Shown here: in pieces, positions 56,596-64,000 of the stretch
How positions within the stretch are numbered: the stretch's first letter is position 1
Layout of the letters: each line of letters begins with the position of its first letter
Source: an uncultured Ruminococcus sp.
GTDB taxonomy: Bacteria; Bacillota; Clostridia; Oscillospirales; CAG-272
Reading direction: 5' to 3'
NCBI GenBank assembly: GCA_964624685.1
Contig: CAZUYA010000002.1
Coordinates: 6,423-70,422 of the forward strand
DNA length: 64,000 nt
Translations under genes and position numbers: made by a program
Notes under the pieces: model-generated
Told to the model about the DNA's origin: nothing
The model's database searches: none
The model's input: the letters and a program-made list of their open reading frames with translations, nothing else

Positions 56596-57081
56596 ATGAT
56601 CAATCAAAATCACTCCTCCCGTAACAAGCGGGAAAAATCCATCGCCCACTCGCGTTCCAATACCACCGCCCAAGAAACAGCGTCTTCTCATCTTGCCACC
56701 CATCTTGCAACCAGTTTCGGAATAACCATTCTCATCGGAATGCTCCTTCTGCTGGTCTGCACCGCCATCGCCTATTTTTGTCCAGATCCCAATGCCACCG
56801 TACAAGTATTCGGGCTGATCGCTTCCGCCCTGACCGCTCTTTTCGGTGGCTTTACGTCAATCAAACTGCATAAGCATTCCGCGCTTTTCTGCGGTCTGCT
56901 CAACGGTCTCCTCGTTTCCGCATTCATGCTATTGCTATCCCTCTTCTTCGCAAAATATGCTTCCGGCTATTCAGCCGGGATCTCTTGTCTGTTACACATG
57001 ATATTTTTGGTTTTTTCCGTTCTCGGTGCATATTTGGGACTTCCGAAATCATCGAGCAAAAAGAAGAAAAAAAGGCTCTGA
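56596..57081 (+). CDS. hypothetical 4-TM membrane protein (yajC-linked, possibly TIGR04086-type)
   Basis: Polar N-terminus, four hydrophobic helices and a Lys-rich tail. Family name is from memory of the yajC-adjacent membrane protein in Clostridia. Confidence 0.5.
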   Translation: MINQNHSSRNKREKSIAHSRSNTTAQETASSHLATHLATSFGITILIGMLLLLVCTAIAYFCPDPNATVQVFGLIASALTALFGGFTSIKLHKHSALFCGLLNGLLVSAFMLLLSLFFAKYASGYSAGISCLLHMIFLVFSVLGAYLGLPKSSSKKKKKRL

Positions 57082-57099
57082 TGTCACCGAATCGGTCAT

Positions 57100-57142
57100 A
57101 ACCTGTCCCGTTCCGCATAGGAATCGAGACAGGTTATTTTTT
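57100..57142 (+). terminator. rho-independent terminator
   Basis: Stem aacctgtc/gacaggtt, followed by ATTTTTTG. Confidence 0.65.
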
Positions 57143-57300
57143 GATTCGCAAAAATCCGATTCAAAATGTTCCGCATCCCAAACATTTCAGGTTATCGTTC
57201 ACAATTCATTCATTACCATGACTATAAAAGGTCATAAAAAAAAGGTATAATATAAAGGTTGTAAAAAAGCGGAAATACAAGAAAGGGATCGCTCACCTCT

Positions 57301-59034
57301 ATGAAAAAACTGTTAAAATATTTGAAACCATATACCAAGGAAACCGTGATCAGTCCGCTCTTCAAATGTCTGGAAGCCGTTTTCGATCTGCTCGTCCCCA
57401 TCGTGGTAAAACGGATCATCGACATCGGAATTGCCGAGGAGGATATGGGCTATGTCGGGCGGATGGTTCTTCTGCTGTGCGGATTTGCCGTCATCGGCTT
57501 GGGATGCGCTTTGGTTGCACAGTATTTTGCCGCCAAAGCTGCCATCGGATTTAGCACCGATCTTCGCCGCGACCTGTTTGCTCACATCCAACGTCTCTCT
57601 TACACCGAGACAGATTGCATCGGAACATCCACTTTGATCACGCGATTAACGGGAGATGTCAATCAGGTACAATCCGGCATCAATATGACATTACGCCTTC
57701 TGCTCCGTTCTCCCATCATTGTTTTCGGTGCCATGTTCATGGCGTTTACGGTCAATGCGCAAAGTGCTTGGATCTTTGTTATCGTCATTCCACTCCTGTC
57801 AGCCGTCATTTTTTCCATTCTTCTCAAAAACATTCCGCTTTACAAAAAAGTACAAAAAGATTTGGATCATGTTACATCGGCAACACGTGAAAACCTACAC
57901 GGTGTACGCGTCATTCGTGCCTTTCGTAAGGAACAGGAAGAAATCGATCGTTTCCATAAGATCAACGAAGAACACAATCGCTCACAGAATTTTGTCGGTA
58001 AAATTTCAGCACTGATGAATCCTTTGACTCTGATCATTGTGGATGCCGGGATCATTGCTTTATTGTTGTCCGGTGCCAAATTGGTAGAGATCGGCAACAT
58101 GTCGCAGGGCGATGTTGTGGCAATGACCAACTACATGGCGCAAATTCTGGTCGAGTTGATCAAATTGGCAAATACCATTTTTACGGTCAACAAAGCCTTG
58201 GCATGTGCCGACCGTGTACAACAGGTATTTGAAATTCCCGTTGGAATGGAACGTATGCAACCGCTTGACGCAACCGTTCCGGAACAAGCGCCGGCTGTCA
58301 GCTTTCAAAATGTTTCCCTGACTTACAAAGGCAATGCGGGAAAAACTTTGGAACAGATCAACTTCAGCATTCCCAAAGGCTCTACCGTCGGCATTATCGG
58401 TTCGACCGGTTCCGGAAAGACTTCCCTCGTCAATCTGATTCCTCGCTTTTACGATGCCACAGAAGGAACGGTTTGCGTCAACGGACGTGACGTTCGCACC
58501 TATGATACCGAAGAATTGCGGCGTTTGATCGCCATCGTCCCGCAAAAGGCAGTCCTGTTTTCCGGAACAATCCGTTCCAATCTTTTGTGGGGCAAATCGG
58601 ATGCGACCGACAACGAACTCCGTTCGGCATTGGACTTTGCACAGGCAAAAGAATTTGTCGAACAGAAACCGCTTGGACTGGATGAACCCGTTTCACAGGG
58701 CGGAAAAAACTTTTCCGGCGGTCAACGGCAACGTCTGACCATTGCACGTGCGCTGGTACGCCAAGCCGAAATTCTGATTCTGGACGACAGCTCTTCGGCT
58801 TTGGACTATGCCACCGATGCCGCATTGCGTACTGCAATCAAACAGCTCCCCTATCATCCCACCGTATTTCTGATCTCTCAACGAACTTCCTCAATCCGCC
58901 ATGCAGACCGCATTTTAGTCATGGAAGACGGAATGTTGGTCGGAATCGGTACGCATGAGGAATTACTTTCCACCTGCGGCGTTTACAAAGAAATTCACGA
59001 ATCTCAATATCACAAAGGAGGTGAACCGGCATGA
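57301..59034 (+). CDS. ABC exporter half-transporter (TMD-NBD), degenerate-site subunit
   Basis: Six-TM exporter domain. Walker A GSTGSGKTS and signature FSGGQRQR. Walker B is ILILDDSSSALD, with Asp in place of the catalytic Glu. Confidence 0.88.
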   Translation: MKKLLKYLKPYTKETVISPLFKCLEAVFDLLVPIVVKRIIDIGIAEEDMGYVGRMVLLLCGFAVIGLGCALVAQYFAAKAAIGFSTDLRRDLFAHIQRLSYTETDCIGTSTLITRLTGDVNQVQSGINMTLRLLLRSPIIVFGAMFMAFTVNAQSAWIFVIVIPLLSAVIFSILLKNIPLYKKVQKDLDHVTSATRENLHGVRVIRAFRKEQEEIDRFHKINEEHNRSQNFVGKISALMNPLTLIIVDAGIIALLLSGAKLVEIGNMSQGDVVAMTNYMAQILVELIKLANTIFTVNKALACADRVQQVFEIPVGMERMQPLDATVPEQAPAVSFQNVSLTYKGNAGKTLEQINFSIPKGSTVGIIGSTGSGKTSLVNLIPRFYDATEGTVCVNGRDVRTYDTEELRRLIAIVPQKAVLFSGTIRSNLLWGKSDATDNELRSALDFAQAKEFVEQKPLGLDEPVSQGGKNFSGGQRQRLTIARALVRQAEILILDDSSSALDYATDAALRTAIKQLPYHPTVFLISQRTSSIRHADRILVMEDGMLVGIGTHEELLSTCGVYKEIHESQYHKGGEPA

Positions 59035-60803
59035 GCCAAAGTAAAAACAGCAAACCGAAAAAATATGACGGCAAAACGCTGTCCCGCGTTCTGCACCGTC
59101 TCAAACCATACCGTTTTTCCCTGATCTGTTCCCTCCTGTTTGCCGCCGGCAGTGTCCTCATGACACTGTACGTACCGCTGTTGACAGGGGATGCCATCGA
59201 TTTGATCATCGGACAAAACAATGTCAACCTCTCCGGTGTTATCCAACTTTGTATTCGCATCGGAATTTGTGCCGTTGCCGGAGCGTTGTTTCAATGGTTG
59301 ATGAATGTTTTGAACAATCGCATCACTTACGGGATGGTTCGTCAATTGCGTCGAGAAGCGTTTGAAAAGTTGCAAAGGTTACCGTTGTCCTATCTGGACA
59401 GTCACTCGACCGGCGATACCGTAAGCCGTATGATGTCGGACGTCGATCAATTCACCGATGGATTGTTGATGGGATTTGCACAGTTCTTTACGGGAATCCT
59501 GACCATTGCCGGAACGCTTGTCATCATGCTCATCATCCGTTGGCAGATCGCTTTGGTCGTCGTCTGTCTGACACCGCTTTCCCTTTTTGTTGCGGCTTTT
59601 ATTGCAAAAAAGACCTACTCCATGTTTCATCTGCAATCCAAAACACGTGCCGAACAAACGGCAATTATTGACGAATACATCGGTAACCACAAAGTCGTGG
59701 TGGCATACAGTCATGAAGCGGAAGTGCAGGAGCAATTTGATGAAGTCAATGAACGTCTCGGAAAATGCTCCCTCCGTGCCACCTTTTTTTCTTCCACAAC
59801 CAATCCTTCCACACGATTTGTCAACAATCTGGTTTATGCGGGCGTGGCATTGGTCGGTGCATTTCTCTGCATTTCTCCCAACTTTTCCTTTACAGTCGGT
59901 TCTCTGTCCGTCTTTTTGAATTATGCCAACCAATACACCAAACCGTTCAATGAAATTTCCGGCGTTCTGACCGAACTGCAAAACGCGCTTGCATGTGCCG
60001 CGCGCTTGTTTGAGTTATTGGATGAACAGGAAGTTCCTCCGGATGCACCGAATGCAGAGGTACTGACCGTTGCCGACGGTACCGTTGCCCTCAATGACGT
60101 TTGTTTTTCCTACACGCCGGAACGTGAACTGATCCGGGATCTCAATCTTGCGGTCACCTCTGGGCAAAGAATTGCCATTGTCGGACCGACAGGATGCGGA
60201 AAAACCACACTCATCAACCTGCTGATGCGATTTTACGATGTTAACAGTGGTTCCATCTCCGTCAGCGGCATTGACATCAGAACCATGACACGTGCCAGTC
60301 TCCGTGCCTCTTGGGGGATGGTTTTGCAAGATACCTGGCTCCGCGCCGCCACGGTACGGGAAAATATTTGTATGGGCAAACCGGATGCCACGGATGAAGA
60401 GATGATTGCTGCCGCAAAAGCCGCTCACGCCCATTCTTTCATCAAACGATTGCCAAACGGATATGATACCGTTTTGGGAGAAGGCGGCGGTTCGCTTTCA
60501 CAGGGGCAAAAGCAATTACTTTGTATCGCGCGCGTGATGCTGTGCCTGCCCCCGATGCTGATTTTGGATGAAGCGACCTCCTCTATTGATACACGTATGG
60601 AGCTAAAAATTCAAAACGCTTTTGCCGAAATGATGAAAGGACGTACCACATTCGTAGTTGCCCATCGCCTGTCCACCATTGAATCAGCCGATGTTATTCT
60701 GGTTATGAAAGACGGAAAAATCATTGAGCAAGGCAACCATGGTGAATTGTTGGCAAAACAAGGATTTTATCATCACCTCTACTACAGCCAATTTGCAGGA
60801 TAA
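59031..60803 (+). CDS. ABC exporter half-transporter (TMD-NBD), consensus-site subunit
   Basis: Walker A GPTGCGKTT and Walker B LILDEATSSID with catalytic Glu. The signature is non-canonical, LSQGQKQ. ATGA overlap with the upstream gene. Confidence 0.88.
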   Translation: MSQSKNSKPKKYDGKTLSRVLHRLKPYRFSLICSLLFAAGSVLMTLYVPLLTGDAIDLIIGQNNVNLSGVIQLCIRIGICAVAGALFQWLMNVLNNRITYGMVRQLRREAFEKLQRLPLSYLDSHSTGDTVSRMMSDVDQFTDGLLMGFAQFFTGILTIAGTLVIMLIIRWQIALVVVCLTPLSLFVAAFIAKKTYSMFHLQSKTRAEQTAIIDEYIGNHKVVVAYSHEAEVQEQFDEVNERLGKCSLRATFFSSTTNPSTRFVNNLVYAGVALVGAFLCISPNFSFTVGSLSVFLNYANQYTKPFNEISGVLTELQNALACAARLFELLDEQEVPPDAPNAEVLTVADGTVALNDVCFSYTPERELIRDLNLAVTSGQRIAIVGPTGCGKTTLINLLMRFYDVNSGSISVSGIDIRTMTRASLRASWGMVLQDTWLRAATVRENICMGKPDATDEEMIAAAKAAHAHSFIKRLPNGYDTVLGEGGGSLSQGQKQLLCIARVMLCLPPMLILDEATSSIDTRMELKIQNAFAEMMKGRTTFVVAHRLSTIESADVILVMKDGKIIEQGNHGELLAKQGFYHHLYYSQFAG

Positions 60804-60892
60804 TGCACAAAAGAGAAAGCAAATCATTCCGACATTTTTACAATCAACCACCATTGGAACATGGGTTTATTCATATTCAATTCACGAACCCG

Positions 60893-60901
60893 TGTTATAA
60901 T
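60893..60901 (+). promoter_or_regulatory. extended -10 element upstream of the fused ABC gene
   Basis: TGtTATAAT. No good -35 at 17-nt spacing. Confidence 0.4.
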
Positions 60902-60932
60902 CATTTTATTCACATAATAGGAGGCAAAAGCA

Positions 60933-63929
60933 TTGCTTGAACTGAAACAAATTATCAAAGACTACCGAACGGGAGATTCCGACGTTCGCGCTCTTGACGG
61001 TATCTCTCTGAAATTTCGGGAACACGAGTTCGTTTCGATCCTGGGACCGTCCGGGTGCGGAAAAACGACGCTCTTGAACATCATCGGCGGTTTGGATCAA
61101 TACACATCGGGAGATCTCATCATCAACGGCGTATCCACAAAAGAATATGCAGATGCCGATTGGGATACTTACCGGAACCACTCTGTCGGATTTGTGTTTC
61201 AAAGTTATAATCTGATTCCCCATCAAACGGTACTTGCCAATGTGGAGCTGGCTCTGACACTCTCCGGCATTTCTGCCAAAGAACGCCGCCAGCGTGCAAC
61301 ACAAGCCTTGAAAGATGTCGGGTTGGGCGATCAACTCAATAAAAAGCCGAATCAACTCTCCGGAGGGCAGATGCAACGTGTGGCAATTGCCCGTGCACTT
61401 GTCAACGATCCTGATATTTTGCTGGCAGATGAGCCGACCGGTGCATTGGATACCAAAACCAGTGTACAAATCATGGAGATCTTGAAAGAAATCTCCGGTA
61501 AAAAACTGATTATTATGGTCACACACAATCCGGACCTTGCACGTGAATATTCCTCCCGCATCATCAGTGTATTGGATGGGCACGTGGTGGACGATACGGC
61601 TCCCTATCCGATGACGCAGGAGACGGTGACTGCCGTCGCAACCGATAAGAAACGCTCCAAACGGCATAAACCTTCAACGGATCAGTGCAAAAAGAAAAAG
61701 TCCATGTCCTTTTGGACAGCTTTATCCCTTTCCTTGAACAATTTGATGACTAAGAAAGGGCGAACGTTTATGACATCCTTTGCCGGATCCATCGGTATCA
61801 TCGGCATCGCATTGATTTTGTCCGTTTCCACAGGTGTCAACAACTATATCAATTCCATTCAACGCGATACGCTTGCAAGTTATCCGATCTCTTTGAAAGC
61901 CAGCTCGACCGATCTTTCGGCTCTCATGACGACTTTAATGCAGACCGATCCTGGGCAAAAGAATGACGACCGTGATCCGAATCGCGTTTATGAGACACAA
62001 GTCATTGAGGAATTGATGAATTCACTCAACACCTCCAAACCGAACACCAACGACCTAAAAGCTTTCAAAAAACATTTGGAAGAAACAGAAGCTTTTGATA
62101 AATACTTGACCGCCATTCAATATACGTATGATTTCGATTGGACCATTTTGACAAAGGATAGCTCCGGCAACGTGGTTAAATCCAATGTGATGAAATTGAT
62201 CACTTCCATCTACGGCGGCGGAACAAGCAGCGGGATCATGGGAAGTATCACTTCGTCCGGTTCAATTTTCTCCGAAAATACGATGTATGATTCCTTGGAC
62301 GTGTGGGGAGAAATGCTCCCCGGAAAAGACGGCGAACAAGTCAATGACCTGATCAAAGATGAATACGACCTGATCTACGGAGATTGGCCGCAAGCATATA
62401 ATGAGATCATGTTGGTTGTGACAAAGAACAACGAAATCAGCGATCTGGCACTCTATGCGCTGGGACTCCGCACCGAACAGGAAATCACAGATGAAGTGAT
62501 GGCAGCCCTCAAAGGCGAGGTCATTGAGCTGGAGGAACTCCGTTCCTGGTCGTACGAGGAATTGTGCGGAATGACATTCCGGATGCTGTTGCAATCTGAA
62601 TGTTACCAGTTGCAGGCAGACGGCACCTATGCAGACAGCTCCGAAAATGAGTTCGGCAGAAACCTCCTTTACAACAACTCGGAACTTGGCGTGGATCTGA
62701 AAATTTCGGGGATCCTACGTCCGAACGATACGGCAACGTCAGCCATTCTTGACCGTTATTTGGTGTACACCTCGGCTCTTACGGAGTATGCCATCAAAAA
62801 AACAGCCGAAAGTGACCTGCTCAAACAGCAATTGAACAATCCGAATACGGATATTTTAACGGGACTTCCCTTCCGACCTTCCGTCGTGAATGATTTGACC
62901 ATCGAAGAAAAGAAAGCGGCGGTACAAGCTTACGTCGCAACGTTGAGCGTCAATGAAAAAGCTGCTTTTGCGAAGTTGGCTTATGAATCCTATGTTTCCG
63001 ACAGCGATGTGGAAAAATGGATCACCATGATCGGAGAAGAGAATTTAATTCAAATGCTTGCCGAACAATTGAATTATTCAGCCGATGACATCCGAACGGC
63101 GCTCAACAATGAAGAAATCCGAAAAAATCTTTTGTACCCCATTTTGAAGGAAAAAATTTTGGATTCTCGGGATGCCGACACGGCATTTGCCGCCATGGGA
63201 CTGACCACAAACGAGTTGATTGCCGACTATATGGATCAATACGTCGCCTCCGGTATGAGCAACGAAGAATATGAGTTGGCATACAATCAGTATCTGGCTC
63301 CCGCTTACTCGGAATCCACCTATGAGGACAATCTAATCCTGCTCGGCAATGTCGATCTGGATTCTCCGGACAGCATCAATCTTTACAGCGCAACCTTTGA
63401 GGATAAAGACGAAGTGGAACGGTTGATCAAAGAGTACAATCAAACAGTGGATGAGGAACAACAAATCTCGTGGACGGATTACGTGGCACTGTTAATGTCC
63501 TCCGTCACCATGATCGTAGATGCCATCACGTATGTTTTGATTGCCTTTGTTGCAATTTCTTTGGTCGTTTCGTCGATCATGATCGGCATTATCACGTATA
63601 TCTCCGTTTTGGAACGCACCAAGGAGATCGGCATTTTGCGTGCCATCGGTGCTTCGAAAAAAGATATCCGTCGTGTATTCAATGCCGAAACCTTAATCGT
63701 CGGATTTGTTGCCGGTGTGATCGGCATTCTGATTACCTTGGGATTGATCGTCATCATCAATATCATTCTCTTCCAATTGACAGCCATTCCCAATCTTCAA
63801 GCGTTCCTTCCTCCCGTCGCGGCAATCATCCTGGTCGGTATCAGTATGTTCTTAACATTCATCGCCGGACTGTTCCCATCCGGATTCGCGGCAAAACGCA
63901 ATCCCGTTGAGGCATTGAGAAGCGAATAA
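60933..63929 (+). CDS. fused MacB-type ABC transporter (N-terminal ATPase plus FtsX-like permease with very large extracytoplasmic domain)
   Basis: TTG start after a TAGGAGG SD. Walker A GPSGCGKTT, signature LSGGQMQR, Walker B LLADEPTGALD. TM1 lies at about aa 277-303, followed by roughly 540 aa of soluble region and then a C-terminal FtsX 3-TM bundle (...ERTKEIGILRAIGASKKDI...). Confidence 0.85.
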   Translation: MLELKQIIKDYRTGDSDVRALDGISLKFREHEFVSILGPSGCGKTTLLNIIGGLDQYTSGDLIINGVSTKEYADADWDTYRNHSVGFVFQSYNLIPHQTVLANVELALTLSGISAKERRQRATQALKDVGLGDQLNKKPNQLSGGQMQRVAIARALVNDPDILLADEPTGALDTKTSVQIMEILKEISGKKLIIMVTHNPDLAREYSSRIISVLDGHVVDDTAPYPMTQETVTAVATDKKRSKRHKPSTDQCKKKKSMSFWTALSLSLNNLMTKKGRTFMTSFAGSIGIIGIALILSVSTGVNNYINSIQRDTLASYPISLKASSTDLSALMTTLMQTDPGQKNDDRDPNRVYETQVIEELMNSLNTSKPNTNDLKAFKKHLEETEAFDKYLTAIQYTYDFDWTILTKDSSGNVVKSNVMKLITSIYGGGTSSGIMGSITSSGSIFSENTMYDSLDVWGEMLPGKDGEQVNDLIKDEYDLIYGDWPQAYNEIMLVVTKNNEISDLALYALGLRTEQEITDEVMAALKGEVIELEELRSWSYEELCGMTFRMLLQSECYQLQADGTYADSSENEFGRNLLYNNSELGVDLKISGILRPNDTATSAILDRYLVYTSALTEYAIKKTAESDLLKQQLNNPNTDILTGLPFRPSVVNDLTIEEKKAAVQAYVATLSVNEKAAFAKLAYESYVSDSDVEKWITMIGEENLIQMLAEQLNYSADDIRTALNNEEIRKNLLYPILKEKILDSRDADTAFAAMGLTTNELIADYMDQYVASGMSNEEYELAYNQYLAPAYSESTYEDNLILLGNVDLDSPDSINLYSATFEDKDEVERLIKEYNQTVDEEQQISWTDYVALLMSSVTMIVDAITYVLIAFVAISLVVSSIMIGIITYISVLERTKEIGILRAIGASKKDIRRVFNAETLIVGFVAGVIGILITLGLIVIINIILFQLTAIPNLQAFLPPVAAIILVGISMFLTFIAGLFPSGFAAKRNPVEALRSE

Positions 63930-63959
63930 ACCGAAACCTCGTTTCAAAGATAAACAAGC

Positions 63960-64000
63960 AGGACGATTGAAAAGTCAATTTACGACTTTTCAATCGTCCT
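63960..64000 (+). terminator. probable terminator hairpin (U-tract would lie beyond the window)
   Basis: Perfect 17-bp stem aggacgattgaaaagtc/gacttttcaatcgtcct with a 7-nt loop. It ends exactly at the window edge. Confidence 0.55.

Noticed and set aside
1-64000. Search by eye for CRISPR arrays, rRNA/tRNA genes, transposases, integrases, phage genes and long inverted or direct repeats flanking the helicase-nuclease gene or the glycan cluster.
   Set aside because: None seen. The unusual genes therefore cannot be assigned to a mobile island from this window. A computational repeat and compositional scan would be needed to exclude subtle boundaries.

Overview
This 64-kb chromosomal window reads as an anaerobic, endospore-forming Firmicute of Clostridia type. 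Evidence: spoIIID, reverse rubrerythrin, GlnRS, a UPF0597 cysteine-desulfidase-like gene, GGAGG Shine-Dalgarno sites and TTGxxx-17-TGnTATAAT promoters. It holds about 60 densely packed protein genes, many with ATGA/GTGA start-stop overlaps. In order: glnS 3' end; a minus-strand rluD-like/lnt/redox operon; mtaB plus a coupled orphan 709-aa gene; rpmB (56 aa, missing from the ORF track); tsaE-tsaB-rpiB-ispD-ispF-rpe; pncB; a cobalamin-riboswitch-controlled DUF4430 lipoprotein plus ECF S-component pair; a three-gene surface-glycan cluster; an M14 peptidase; spoIIID; housekeeping redox and cell-wall genes; a dcw cluster lacking murD (mraZ-rsmH-ftsL-pbp-murE-murF-mraY-ftsW-x-murG-ftsQ); a large stand-alone helicase-nuclease gene; a long minus-strand run of housekeeping genes from ptsH and uvrC through rsmD and coaD to a membrane-protein gene and a flippase gene; rimM-trmD followed by an O-antigen-ligase-like gene and two DUF4330-like genes; yajC; and three ABC transporter genes. 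I saw no rRNA, tRNA, CRISPR array, transposase, integrase or obvious island boundary. The best candidates for undescribed biology are: (1) the monocistronic 1246-aa HRDC-DUF4011-SF1 helicase-Vsr/DUF559-like nuclease fusion at 42566-46306; (2) a membrane redox module at 479-3031, a CxxC-tailed polytopic protein next to a NapH-like 4Fe-4S protein fused to an outward thioredoxin, co-operonic with lnt; (3) a double-CxxC insertion beside the KTG motif of the dcw class B PBP; (4) a consensus promoter firing antisense through spoIIID. All calls come from reading the sequence and the ORF track. No database search or computation was run.
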